The notes beneath the pieces are model-generated. The model did no database searches. It was not told the origin of the DNA and saw only the letters and a program-made list of their open reading frames with translations. Shown here piece by piece: positions 1 to 8,442 of a stretch of 64,000 nt of DNA; positions within the stretch are counted from its first letter, which is position 1, and each line of letters opens with the position of its first letter. The position numbers and the translations under genes are program-made. Origin of the DNA: Candidatus Avelusimicrobium facis (GTDB lineage: Bacteria > Elusimicrobiota > Elusimicrobia > Elusimicrobiales > Elusimicrobiaceae). The DNA lies in the NCBI GenBank assembly GCA_934636855.1, contig CAKUBH010000005.1, forward strand, positions 46,370 through 110,369, given 5' to 3'.

Positions 1-51
1 AAAAAGATTTTAGCACAAATTTGTTTTTCATGTCAAGAAAATTTATACTAT

Positions 52-1062
52 TTGTACATGACACCCCAACTCAACGAACTTCTCAAGCAAACTTCCCGCA
101 GCCTTTATTTAAGTGCGCGGCAGCTGCCGCCGGCCGCGCGGGACACCTTTGCCGTGGCGTATTTGCTCTGCCGCTACGCAGACAGCATAGCCGACACGGC
201 CTTGCTTCCGCCGACGCGGCGGCTGTACTGGATTCAGCGTTTTGCGCAGATGATTACCCACCCGCAAGCACAAGAGCAAACGCAGCTGGTGCAGGAAATT
301 TCGGGCGCGTCAGAAAATAAATACGAAGAGCAACTGCTTAAAAATTTCCCGTTGTGTCTGCAGGCGTTTGAAAAATTATTGCCGTGGCAAAAGCAAATCA
401 CATTAGACGTGGTGCACGCCGTGTGCGAAGGGATGAAAACGGATTTGCAGGTTTTTCCGCCGGAAACCGCAGGAGAAATACGGGCCTTGCCCTCGGCCGA
501 TGAGCTGGAGAAATATTGCCGGTTAATGGGCGGGGCGCCAGGCGTATTTTGGAGCAAACTCATTTCGCACACGGTGCCCGTCAAAATAAAAGAAACGGAT
601 TTTTGGACCTGGGGACAAGCCATCGGGGACGCCTTGCAAATCGTCAATATCTTGCGGGACTTACCGCGCGATTTACGCATCGGCCGCTGCTACTTCCCCG
701 AAGAAGAACTCCAAAAAAACGGATTAACCGCAACGGACTTGCTGCATCCCGAAAACAGCCCGCGCTTTGAACCCGTCAAGCAATATTGGATCCGTTGGGG
801 CCGCCAAAAATTGCAGTACGCCAAACTCTTTTATGGCGCCCTGCCCAAAACACAACCGGCCCATCGTGCCGCCGTGGCGTGGCCGGCGCTGTGGGCGGCG
901 GACACATTAAATAAAATTGCGGTAGAGCCGGCTTTGTTGGACCCGGGCCGCCGCGTAAAAATCCCGCGCGCGCGCATTTACGGCACCTTCTGTTTGACGC
1001 CTCTTATTTTGCTGAGCAACACGCTGTTCAATACGTGGCTTCAAAGCAAGTTAGACAAATAA
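52..1062 (+). CDS. squalene/phytoene synthase family protein (HpnC/HpnD/CrtB-like)
   Basis: 336-aa ORF with the trans-isoprenyl diphosphate synthase head-to-head fold signature: RSFYLSARxLP, AYLLCRYADSIAD (DxxxD) and GDALQIVNILRDLPRD Asp-rich motifs. Confidence 0.7.
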   Translation: MYMTPQLNELLKQTSRSLYLSARQLPPAARDTFAVAYLLCRYADSIADTALLPPTRRLYWIQRFAQMITHPQAQEQTQLVQEISGASENKYEEQLLKNFPLCLQAFEKLLPWQKQITLDVVHAVCEGMKTDLQVFPPETAGEIRALPSADELEKYCRLMGGAPGVFWSKLISHTVPVKIKETDFWTWGQAIGDALQIVNILRDLPRDLRIGRCYFPEEELQKNGLTATDLLHPENSPRFEPVKQYWIRWGRQKLQYAKLFYGALPKTQPAHRAAVAWPALWAADTLNKIAVEPALLDPGRRVKIPRARIYGTFCLTPLILLSNTLFNTWLQSKLDK

Positions 1063-1589
1063 CCTAAAAAAACCGCGTAATATTTCATGCCGTTTCCGCT
1101 GTGCCGTAAAACACCGCCCATGCTCAGGCAGGCTTTTTCCGCTGCTTTATTTTCCTCGTAAGCATAGCAAAGAGTGTAGGGGGCTCCCGTTGCCTGGTCC
1201 AGCCAAATTTGCCAAGCACTCACAAGGGCACCGCCCCGGCTGTTGGTGCAATACACATCCCTCGGCGCGGACAAAACGCAAAAGGTGTGGGCGGTGGGTT
1301 TCCAATTTTTTGCTTCATCGGGAAACCCGGTCCCGGGCAAGGAAATATCCAAGTCGCTAAAGGCATTGGTATATTCCCCGTTGGCCATAAAGTAGCGCTC
1401 TTCGGCATCCTTGATAGACCGGGTTAAAATTTGCAATTCCGCCAAGTGGGTCCGCGTTACCGCCGCCTGATATTGTGGCAGCGCCACCGCGGCAAGGATG
1501 CCGATAATGAGCACGACCACCAACAATTCAATCAGCGTAAAGCCGCCGAAGCAGATACTTGGTTTTTTGCCGTTATAAAATAAGGTCAT
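1041..1589 (-). CDS. type IV pilin-like protein, paralog 1 (prepilin-type N-terminal cleavage/methylation domain)
   Basis: N-terminus MTLFYNGKKPSICFGG|FTLIELLVVVLIIGILAAVALPQY is a canonical class III signal/prepilin motif. The ORF extends to 1652, but the Met at 1589 immediately precedes the leader and the upstream bases are the conserved regulatory element. Confidence 0.6.
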   Translation of the reverse strand: MTLFYNGKKPSICFGGFTLIELLVVVLIIGILAAVALPQYQAAVTRTHLAELQILTRSIKDAEERYFMANGEYTNAFSDLDISLPGTGFPDEAKNWKPTAHTFCVLSAPRDVYCTNSRGGALVSAWQIWLDQATGAPYTLCYAYEENKAAEKACLSMGGVLRHSGNGMKYYAVFLGYLSNLL

Positions 1590-1610
1590 CCTGGAAAGTT
1601 TTAGTCCAGG

Positions 1611-1716
1611 ATCTAAATTTCGCGTATACGCAAAATTTAGCAAAAAAAACATGAGGCAAGTGTTTTACATGGCGGAGCCAACTTCTACAACGACAAAAAG
1701 AAAACTGAAAGAGCCG
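1611..1716 (-). promoter_or_regulatory. conserved pilin-leader element copy 1 (palindrome CTAAATTTCGCGTATACGCAAAATTTAG plus A8/T8 tract plus conserved 60-bp box)
   Basis: ~85% identical over ~95 bp to 6973-7090 and 15543-15660. All three copies lie immediately 5' of a pilin-like gene on the same strand. Confidence 0.6.
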
Positions 1717-2445
1717 TTAGCTCCCCAGCCGGGCGGCTAAGTCTTGGGCCATTTTGGCCAAATGCTGGCGGATTTTGGGTTGCTTTTGCTCCAGCATAGG
1801 CAGCAGCTCGTGCCGCACCCAATTGCGGGTGTACTCGTCGTCAAAATTGGTTTGGTCCGTCACGCTGGGGAGCTGGTTTTGTTGAAGATATTCCTCCACT
1901 TCCGCGCGCGTTATACACAGCAGGGGCCGCACAATTTCCACCGAGGCATTTAAAGGCCGCCGTACGGGAATGCCGCACAAACCTTGCGCGCGCGTGCCGC
2001 GCAGCAAATTGAGCAGCACCGTTTCGGCCTGGTCATCCAAGTGGTGCCCTAAGGCCAATTTGGCAGCTCCGTATTTTTTAGCGGCTGCGGCAAAGGCGGC
2101 ATAGCGGGCTTTGCGCGCGGCATGCTCCGGGCTTAAATCCCATTTCTTGGCCAGGCTGCGCACGGCCTTTTTTTGTACTACAAGGGGAATATCCCACTGC
2201 TTGCACAAGGCCCGGCAGAAGCGCTCGTCCGCGTCCGCCGCAGCGCCGCGCAGGCCGTGGTTTACGTGCACGGCGTACAAGTCAAAACGCTTTTTGCCGG
2301 AGAGATATTTCAAAAAATGCAACAAGCAAACCGAGTCCGGCCCGCCGGAAAAACCGCACAAGACCCCCTCCCCCCGCTTGAAAAAGGGCTCCGAAAATGC
2401 CAGTATATTCTTCCAGGTATGGGCTAAAAAAGTATTTGAAGTCAT
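1717..2445 (-). CDS. tilS: tRNA(Ile)-lysidine synthetase, short form (PP-loop ATPase domain only)
   Basis: SGGPDS PP-loop motif and TilS N-domain similarity (LCGFSGGPDSVCLLHFL...HVNHGLR). Only 242 aa; the C-terminal domains found in ~430-aa TilS are absent. Confidence 0.75.
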   Translation of the reverse strand: MTSNTFLAHTWKNILAFSEPFFKRGEGVLCGFSGGPDSVCLLHFLKYLSGKKRFDLYAVHVNHGLRGAAADADERFCRALCKQWDIPLVVQKKAVRSLAKKWDLSPEHAARKARYAAFAAAAKKYGAAKLALGHHLDDQAETVLLNLLRGTRAQGLCGIPVRRPLNASVEIVRPLLCITRAEVEEYLQQNQLPSVTDQTNFDDEYTRNWVRHELLPMLEQKQPKIRQHLAKMAQDLAARLGS

Positions 2446-2482
2446 ATAAAAAGTATAATAAAATAATCACAGGGTATACAAA

Positions 2483-2851
2483 ATGAACAAGCGAATTTTA
2501 ATTGTAGAGGATGAAATCACCATCCTGCAGCTGCTCAGCTTGGTGCTGGCCAAAGCCGGCTATGAGGTGCACACCTGCCAAAGCGGACGCGACGCCATTG
2601 CCCGCATGAAAGAAGTGCGGCCGCACTTGGTTATTTTAGACGTCATGTTGCCCGGGCTGGACGGCCGGGCCGTGGCCTCTATCATGGAGCAAGACGACGA
2701 ATTAAGCGGCATTCCCATCATCGTTACTTCGGCTTTGGTGGAGTCGGAACATATGTTCCAGCCGTTCCCGCAAGTGAAGGCTTTTTGCGCCAAGCCGTTT
2801 GTGCTTAAAGATTTGGTGATCAAGGTCAAACAGTGCTTGGGCGACGCATAA
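2483..2851 (+). CDS. single-domain response regulator (CheY-like receiver)
   Basis: ILIVEDE...ILDVMLPGLDG receiver motifs with conserved Asp pocket; 122 aa with no output domain. Confidence 0.75.
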   Translation: MNKRILIVEDEITILQLLSLVLAKAGYEVHTCQSGRDAIARMKEVRPHLVILDVMLPGLDGRAVASIMEQDDELSGIPIIVTSALVESEHMFQPFPQVKAFCAKPFVLKDLVIKVKQCLGDA

Positions 2852-2868
2852 GCCTGTTTTCAACTTTT

Positions 2869-2903
2869 CGCCCCGCAGCGCTTTTGGGCGCGGCGGGGTT
2901 TTT
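2869..2903 (+). terminator. rho-independent terminator
   Basis: GC hairpin CGCCCCGC...GCGGCGGGG followed by TTTTT after the response-regulator stop. Confidence 0.5.
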
Positions 2904-2948
2904 AATTGGTATAATAGGGTCATCTTACCCGGCAACAAAAGGCAGAAT

Positions 2949-3881
2949 ATGTTTGACCGAAAATACACATGGGTGATTACGGGCGGGGCGGGATTTATCG
3001 GCTCGCACCTGGCCCGGGCTTTGCTCCAACAGAGCCAAACGGTGCGCGTGGTGGATGATTTTTCCACCGGGCGCGCAGAAAACCTATCGGGAATCGCCTC
3101 CCAAATTCAACTCTTTTCCGGGTCTGTTTGCGATGCTGACCTGTTGGCGCGCGCGTTTGCCGGGGCGGATTTTGTGCTGCACTATGCGGCCCTGGTGTCT
3201 GTGCCGCAATCGGTGCAAGAACCTTTAAAAACCTGGCAAACCAATGTGCAGGGCACGGCACACGTGTTGCAGGCGGCCCGCCAAAGCGGCGTGCAGCGGG
3301 TGGTGTTTGCCTGCTCCAGCGCCATCTATGGCAACGGGCCGGAAATTTGCACAGAGAACACGCCGCGCAACAGCCAATCGCCGTATGCCTTGTCTAAGCA
3401 AATCGGCGCGGAGTTGTGCCGGCTCTACACCCGTTTGTACGGGTTGGAAACGATTTCTTTGATTTATTTTAATGTTTTCGGGCCGGGCAAAAAGGCTGAC
3501 TCCGCCTATGCCGATGTCATTGCCAAATTTTTGCAGCAAGCGCGCCAAGGCGGGCCGCTGCGGCTGGAAGGAGACGGACAACAAAGCCGGGATTTTATCC
3601 ACGTGCAGGACGCGGTGCGGGCCACCCTGCGGGCCGCGTTGACAGGCGAGCCCGGGCAAGGCTATAACGTGGCCAGCGGGAAAAGCTATTCGCTTTTGCA
3701 ACTGGCGGACCTGTTAGATCAAATCAGCGGGCAAAAGCTGCCGCGCACCTTCGCCCCCGGACGCCCCGGCGATGTCAAACGCTCTTGCGCCGACATTTCC
3801 AAAATCCGCGCGCTGGGGTTTACACCGTCGGTTTCTTTGGAAGAGGGGCTGCGGGAAATGTGGCTAACAAAACCGCTTTGA
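2949..3881 (+). CDS. NAD-dependent epimerase/dehydratase (UDP-sugar 4-epimerase family)
   Basis: TGGAGFIGSHL Rossmann motif; YxxxK SDR catalytic region (YALSKQ); length 310 aa. Confidence 0.8.
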   Translation: MFDRKYTWVITGGAGFIGSHLARALLQQSQTVRVVDDFSTGRAENLSGIASQIQLFSGSVCDADLLARAFAGADFVLHYAALVSVPQSVQEPLKTWQTNVQGTAHVLQAARQSGVQRVVFACSSAIYGNGPEICTENTPRNSQSPYALSKQIGAELCRLYTRLYGLETISLIYFNVFGPGKKADSAYADVIAKFLQQARQGGPLRLEGDGQQSRDFIHVQDAVRATLRAALTGEPGQGYNVASGKSYSLLQLADLLDQISGQKLPRTFAPGRPGDVKRSCADISKIRALGFTPSVSLEEGLREMWLTKPL

Positions 3882-3907
3882 AAAACCCCGGCGGTTGCCG
3901 GGGTTTT

Positions 3908-4501
3908 TTAAATTTGGCTGGAAAGTTTCCATTGGGTATATTTCACCCAAAAAGCGTCCAGGGTTTCTTGCAGGATAAACTCAAGCGGGATATCGCGCCC
4001 CACCAATTTTTTGACGCTGGTGGCAGTGTCTTTTAAGGCGTGTTGCAGCGGATTATTGACGTTAATCCCTACGCCCACCAGCAGCCAGCTGGCCCGGCCC
4101 TCCTGCACAAAAGACTCCGTCAAAATGCCGCAAATCTTTTTCCAACTACGGGTTTTCTCTTCCCACACCAGCACATCGTTGGGATGCTTGATTTTGGTTT
4201 TAAAACCAAACAGTTTTTTGAGCACCTCGCACACGGCTTCGGCGGTTTTAATGCTCAGCCGGGCATTGTGGCAAACGGGCTTTTCCGGCCGGAGCACCAG
4301 GGTAAAATAAATCCCGCCGCGTTGGGCGTCCCAGGTGCGTTCATATTGGCCGCGGCCGCCGGTTTGCTCATACGCCAGCACCAGCGTGCCGTCGGGCGTG
4401 CCTTGGCGCACCAGCTCGCGCGCCAGATTTTGCGTGCTGTCTAATATTTCTACGCTGACCATCCGGCTCACGCGCGGAAGAGAAAGGGTAATTTCTTGCA
4501 T
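3908..4501 (-). CDS. birA: biotin--[acetyl-CoA-carboxylase] ligase (BPL catalytic domain)
   Basis: GGRGQYERTW matches the BirA GRGRxGRxW biotin-binding loop; 197 aa with no N-terminal HTH, i.e. a group I BPL. Confidence 0.75.
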   Translation of the reverse strand: MQEITLSLPRVSRMVSVEILDSTQNLARELVRQGTPDGTLVLAYEQTGGRGQYERTWDAQRGGIYFTLVLRPEKPVCHNARLSIKTAEAVCEVLKKLFGFKTKIKHPNDVLVWEEKTRSWKKICGILTESFVQEGRASWLLVGVGINVNNPLQHALKDTATSVKKLVGRDIPLEFILQETLDAFWVKYTQWKLSSQI

Positions 4502-4590
4502 AGCTATATTTTACCAATTAACCCCCGGCCGCCGCAAAAGGCAGCGGAAAGCGGGCATAAAAAAAGAGACCCTTTGCAGAGCCTCTTAAA

Positions 4591-4664
4591 TGGAGCGGGC
4601 GAAGGGAATCGAACCCTCGTCTCAACCTTGGCAAGGTCGTGTTCTACCATTGAACCACGCCCGC
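4591..4664 (-). tRNA. tRNA-Gly (anticodon GCC)
   Basis: Reverse complement GCGGGCGTGGTTCAATGGTAGAACACGACCTTGCCAAGGTTGAGACGAGGGTTCGATTCCCTTCGCCCGCTCCA: 7-bp acceptor stem, D-loop GGTAGA, anticodon loop CTTGCCAAG (GCC), T-loop GGTTCGATTCC, discriminator U, encoded CCA. Confidence 0.85.
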
Positions 4665-4697
4665 ATAAATCTTGCCGTAAAAAAATTATAGCAAATT

Positions 4698-5552
4698 TTA
4701 TTTTAAAAGTGTAGCGGAAATATTTTTTAGGTAATGATTTCGCACCACTTCCTGACGGACGGCCGGATTTCTCTTCAACGCCGCCAAAGCCGTGTTGGCA
4801 TGAATCAGCCGGGCCGCCTGGGCCGGATGATCGCGGTAATATTTCACCGCTTTGCTAACCAGCAGGCTGGAAAACAAACGGCTGCCCGCCAAGGCTTGCA
4901 GCAGCTGCGGGGAAGCAAGCACCTGTTGCACCGTCTCATCGGCCAAAAAGTCCGCCACCGCTTTGTGGTCTTGGGCCAGCCGGGCCAAAGCCGCCGGGTC
5001 GGCCAGCAGCGGGGCCACGTCGGGACGGGCCAAAAACGCTTCCGTCACTTCGGGGCGGTTAAATAAATAACGCAGCAACTGCGGGTCCTCGGCGTTGGAA
5101 GACACATTGATAGACAAGGCCCACGGCGCGGCACCGATGACTTTGTAATTATTCGGCGTCAGCGCCAGGTAATTATAGCGGGAAATCACCGGCAGCGTGG
5201 AGCCGGATTCCACCACCGTGACATTGCGGTCTTGCCCTTCGCCCACCTGCACATAACGCGGCTCGCTGGAAGGATTGAAGGTGCGGTCCACCACCAAGCC
5301 TTTCAGCACTGAGGGGTCCAAAGACGCGGTGATGTTCCCCGCCCGTTTTTGCGCTGAGAAAATAAACAAAAGAGAAACCAGCACCAGGGCCGTTACCACC
5401 CCGGCGATGATAGCCGCCCGCTTGTCAGAGGCTTTGCGCGCAGCCGCCCGGGCCGCCGCCTGCTGGGCAGACGCGCCCGTCTGGGGGGCAACCGCTGTTT
5501 TTTGTTGCCCTTTCGGACGCCGTAAAAGATCCATCAGTTTCTCTTTTTCCAT
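4698..5552 (-). CDS. hypothetical membrane-anchored protein (single TM, Ala/Gln-rich linker)
   Basis: ORF with probable start MEKEKLMDLL; hydrophobic segment IIAGVVTALVLVSLLFIF; no recognisable catalytic motif. Confidence 0.4.
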   Translation of the reverse strand: MEKEKLMDLLRRPKGQQKTAVAPQTGASAQQAAARAAARKASDKRAAIIAGVVTALVLVSLLFIFSAQKRAGNITASLDPSVLKGLVVDRTFNPSSEPRYVQVGEGQDRNVTVVESGSTLPVISRYNYLALTPNNYKVIGAAPWALSINVSSNAEDPQLLRYLFNRPEVTEAFLARPDVAPLLADPAALARLAQDHKAVADFLADETVQQVLASPQLLQALAGSRLFSSLLVSKAVKYYRDHPAQAARLIHANTALAALKRNPAVRQEVVRNHYLKNISATLLK

Positions 5553-5629
5553 ACCGATATTGTAACAAATAAGCGCTCCCCCCGCACAAGAGCGCGCCGG
5601 GGGTGCGGCGGATTTGCTATAGTTTATAT

Positions 5630-6046
5630 ATGAAATCACACACCGAATACTTGGTGCTCCATACGCCCAAACGCTATGACATCGTAAACATCACCCCGCA
5701 GGTGGAGGCCGCCCTGCAAAAGAGCGGCATCCGCGAAGGGCTGTGCCTGGTCAATTCCATGCACATTACGTCCTCTGTGTTTATTAATGACAATGAACGC
5801 GGCCTGCATGCTGATTTTTTGCGCTGGGCGGAGAAGCTGGCCCCCTACGGTGTAGATAAATACCAACACAATCTGACCGGGGAAGACAACGGCGACGCGC
5901 ATTTAAAACGCACGCTGCTGGGGCGTGAAGTGGTGGTGGCCGTTACCAACGGACGCTTGGATTTTGGGCCGTGGGAAACTATTTTCTATGGCGAGTTTGA
6001 CGGGCAACGCAATAAACGTGTTTTGATTAAAATTATTGGAGAATGA
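5630..6046 (+). CDS. YjbQ/UPF0047 family protein (secondary thiamine-phosphate synthase-like)
   Basis: Family-typical sequence [15 protein letters not shown]...[18 protein letters not shown]...[17 protein letters not shown]...[13 protein letters not shown]. Confidence 0.7.
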   Translation: MKSHTEYLVLHTPKRYDIVNITPQVEAALQKSGIREGLCLVNSMHITSSVFINDNERGLHADFLRWAEKLAPYGVDKYQHNLTGEDNGDAHLKRTLLGREVVVAVTNGRLDFGPWETIFYGEFDGQRNKRVLIKIIGE

Positions 6047-6428
6047 CATGAAGAAAACTATTTTTTACCACGATACCGACTGCGGCAATGTGGTCTATTA
6101 CGCCAACTATTTAAAATATTTTGAAGAGGCGCGCACCTTGTTTATGGCACAGAAGGGATTCTCCGTGCCGGCGCTGATTCAACGCGGGCTGTATTTTGTG
6201 GTGGCGCGGCAAGAGGTGGAATACAAATATTCCGTGCGCTATGCCGACGAGATAGACGTCAGCACCCGGGTGTTGGAAATTTCAGATATCAAAATTGTAT
6301 TTGAAAATATCATCACCAACCAAAACGGCCGCCTCTGCACCAAAGGCAAAACCACCCTGGTCTGTGTGGACCGCACGGGCATGCCCACCCCCATGGGCGC
6401 CGACGTAAAAGCGGCGATGATGAAGTAG
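6036..6428 (+). CDS. acyl-CoA thioesterase, hotdog fold (YbgC/4HBT family)
   Basis: [23 protein letters not shown] matches the 4HBT/YbgC active-site region; 130 aa. Confidence 0.75.
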   Translation: MENDMKKTIFYHDTDCGNVVYYANYLKYFEEARTLFMAQKGFSVPALIQRGLYFVVARQEVEYKYSVRYADEIDVSTRVLEISDIKIVFENIITNQNGRLCTKGKTTLVCVDRTGMPTPMGADVKAAMMK

Positions 6429-6440
6429 TACTATTTTAAA

Positions 6441-6466
6441 GCCCCCGCTTCATGGCGGGGGCGCTT
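6441..6466. terminator. bidirectional rho-independent terminator
   Basis: GCCCCCGC-ttcatg-GCGGGGGC hairpin between convergent genes. Confidence 0.5.
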
Positions 6467-6959
6467 AATAGCCCAAACTTTGGCATAATCCGGCAATTTT
6501 GCTCTCACATTCCGTTTGGCCCGGATTTTCCGAATAGTCCAGCCAAATAATATATTTAGAGGGTGCCTGTTCATTTAGTTCCCCCGTGTTCATCCTTTTC
6601 CCCTTACCGGGTATCCCATGCGTGTCCCACAATACCAAGTTGGGGCTGGGTCCGGCAAACATGTCAACGACAAATTTATCACACCACAACATATAACGGC
6701 CTCCGCCATCTAAACATCCCGGATAATTTATGTCCAGCTCCCGCCAATATTGCGGATATTCCCCATTGGCTATATAGTACACTTCCATGGCGTCTTTTAG
6801 TGATTTTCCTGCCATTTGGAGTTGGACGAAACGGCTTTTTGCTGCTGTTTTTGTGTACTGTGGCAGCGCCACGGCAGATAATATGCCGACGATGAGCACA
6901 ACAACTAATAACTCAATCAGCGTAAAGCCGCTTAAACGGCCCGTAAAACGGTTTTTCAT
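6465..6959 (-). CDS. type IV pilin-like protein, paralog 2
   Basis: MKNRFTGRLSG|FTLIELLVVVLIVGILSAVALPQY. SD AAGGAA 8 nt upstream of the ATG at 6959; the ORF nominally extends to 6998. Confidence 0.7.
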   Translation of the reverse strand: MKNRFTGRLSGFTLIELLVVVLIVGILSAVALPQYTKTAAKSRFVQLQMAGKSLKDAMEVYYIANGEYPQYWRELDINYPGCLDGGGRYMLWCDKFVVDMFAGPSPNLVLWDTHGIPGKGKRMNTGELNEQAPSKYIIWLDYSENPGQTECESKIAGLCQSLGY

Positions 6960-6972
6960 AGTGGAGTTCCTT

Positions 6973-7090
6973 TTTTGATAAATTTTGCCTATACGCAAAA
7001 TTTATCAAAAAAAAAACATTAGGCAAGTGTTTTAAAAAGGGGTGCCAACTTCTACGACGACAAAACAAAAAATAAACGGCAAAAGCTGTT
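6973..7090 (-). promoter_or_regulatory. conserved pilin-leader element copy 2 (perfect palindrome GATAAATTTTGC-CTATAC-GCAAAATTTATC plus A10 tract plus conserved box)
   Basis: Perfect 12-bp-arm inverted repeat centred ~6990, 20-45 nt upstream of the start codon. Remaining ~75 bp conserved with the other two copies. Confidence 0.6.
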
Positions 7091-7386
7091 CATCAAACAA
7101 GTCATCCCCGAAGGTCTCAGTCGGGGATCTTCGTCTTATTATGTCAAATAAGGAAAAAGCCTCTCTTATATAAATATCAGCGAAAGATTCCCGACTACAT
7201 TCCTCGGGAATGACACTTTATTTTGATGAAGGGGAATAAGGCTGAGATTCCCGATTACAATCCTCGGCCATGGCGGCATGAATGGAATGCGGCCCCTGTG
7301 TAACTAGCGGCCGATTTGCAAAATCTCACATATTTTATTAAATATACGCCGCCAAGCCTTAATAATAAAGTAAAATATATTTACCT

Positions 7387-8433
7387 ATGACCTTACAAGA
7401 ATTTAAAACCCTCTGCGCCCAAATTGAGCGCGAATATACCGATAAAATCTCCTCTGCGGAGGACTTAAACGCCGTGGAAGAATTGCGCGTGGCCGCCTTA
7501 GGCCGCAAAGGCGCGCTGACCGAGCTGCTCAAAAACCTCAAGGATTTTGCCATAGAGGACAAAAAAGCCGCCGGCCCGCTGGGCAATACCCTCAAAACCG
7601 CTTTGACCGCCGCCTTGGAAAACAAAACCCGCACCTTGGCCGCCCAAGCGTTAAACGAACAATTAAACCAAGTGGATTTGGATTTGACCTTGCCCGCCCG
7701 CCCGGTCCCCGCCGGACGGCGCCACCCGCTTTCCATTGCGCAAAAGCGCATGACGGACATTTTGTCCAAGCTGGGCTTTACCTGGGCGGAAGGGCCGTGG
7801 GTAGAGGACGAAAAACACAATTTTGATATGTTAAACATCCCGCTGCACCACCCGGCGCGCGACGCACAGGACACGTTCTTTGTGCAAACGGGTTCGCCGC
7901 TGTCTATGGTGCTGCGCACGCACACATCTAATGTGCAGAGCCGCTTTATGGAAAAGCACAAACCGCCCCTGCGCATTATGGCCCCGGGCCGCGTGTTCCG
8001 CAATGACAGCTTAGACGCCACCCACAGCCCGGTGTTCCACCAAATTGAAGGGTTGTACGTGGATAAAAACGTCAGCATGGCCGATTTAAAGCGCGACCTG
8101 ACCGCCTTTATGAAAGGGCTCTTGGGCGACAAGACGGAAATCCGTTTCCGCCCGTCGTTCTTCCCGTTTACCGAACCCAGCGCCGAAGTGGACGTAAAAT
8201 GCGTCTTTTGCGCGGGCAAGGGCTGCAATATTTGCAAAGGCACGGGCTGGATTGAAATGCTCGGCTCGGGCGTAGTGCACCCCAATGTACTCAAAAACTG
8301 CGGCATTGACCCCGAAGTGTATAGCGGTTACGCCTTTGGCATGGGCGTGGAACGCTTGGCCATGATGATGATGAACATCAACGACATCCGCACATTTTAT
8401 GAAAATGACTTGCGCATTTTAAATCAATTTTAA
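7387..8433 (+). CDS. pheS: phenylalanine--tRNA ligase alpha subunit
   Basis: Class II aaRS motifs (FRPSFFPFTEPS, GMGVERLAMM); full-length 348 aa. Confidence 0.95.
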   Translation: MTLQEFKTLCAQIEREYTDKISSAEDLNAVEELRVAALGRKGALTELLKNLKDFAIEDKKAAGPLGNTLKTALTAALENKTRTLAAQALNEQLNQVDLDLTLPARPVPAGRRHPLSIAQKRMTDILSKLGFTWAEGPWVEDEKHNFDMLNIPLHHPARDAQDTFFVQTGSPLSMVLRTHTSNVQSRFMEKHKPPLRIMAPGRVFRNDSLDATHSPVFHQIEGLYVDKNVSMADLKRDLTAFMKGLLGDKTEIRFRPSFFPFTEPSAEVDVKCVFCAGKGCNICKGTGWIEMLGSGVVHPNVLKNCGIDPEVYSGYAFGMGVERLAMMMMNINDIRTFYENDLRILNQF

Positions 8434-8442
8434 GGAAGAACT

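Noticed and set aside
234-680. 148-aa minus-strand Cys-rich ORF
   Set aside because: Antisense within the squalene/phytoene synthase gene. The Cys richness is an artefact of GCA/GCC codons read in reverse.
1589-1652. N-terminal extension MFFLLNFAYTRNLDPGLKLSR of pilin paralog 1
   Set aside because: These codons are the conserved upstream palindrome and box sequence shared with the non-coding leaders of the other two paralogs. Most likely non-coding.
6990-7060. Possible sigma-54 promoter (TTGGCACC ... TTGCC) inside the conserved pilin leader
   Set aside because: The GG and GC elements are about 19 nt apart rather than the obligatory 10-nt spacing of -24/-12 promoters, and spacing is the same in all three copies. 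Not a canonical RpoN site.
7187-7268. Possible miniature CRISPR array (two repeats)
   Set aside because: Only two imperfect copies. No regular repeat-spacer periodicity and no cas genes in the window.
7359-8306. 315-aa minus-strand ORF
   Set aside because: Lies entirely antisense within pheS, which has unambiguous class II aaRS motifs. The antisense product is low-complexity with no homology. Spurious ORF in GC-rich DNA.
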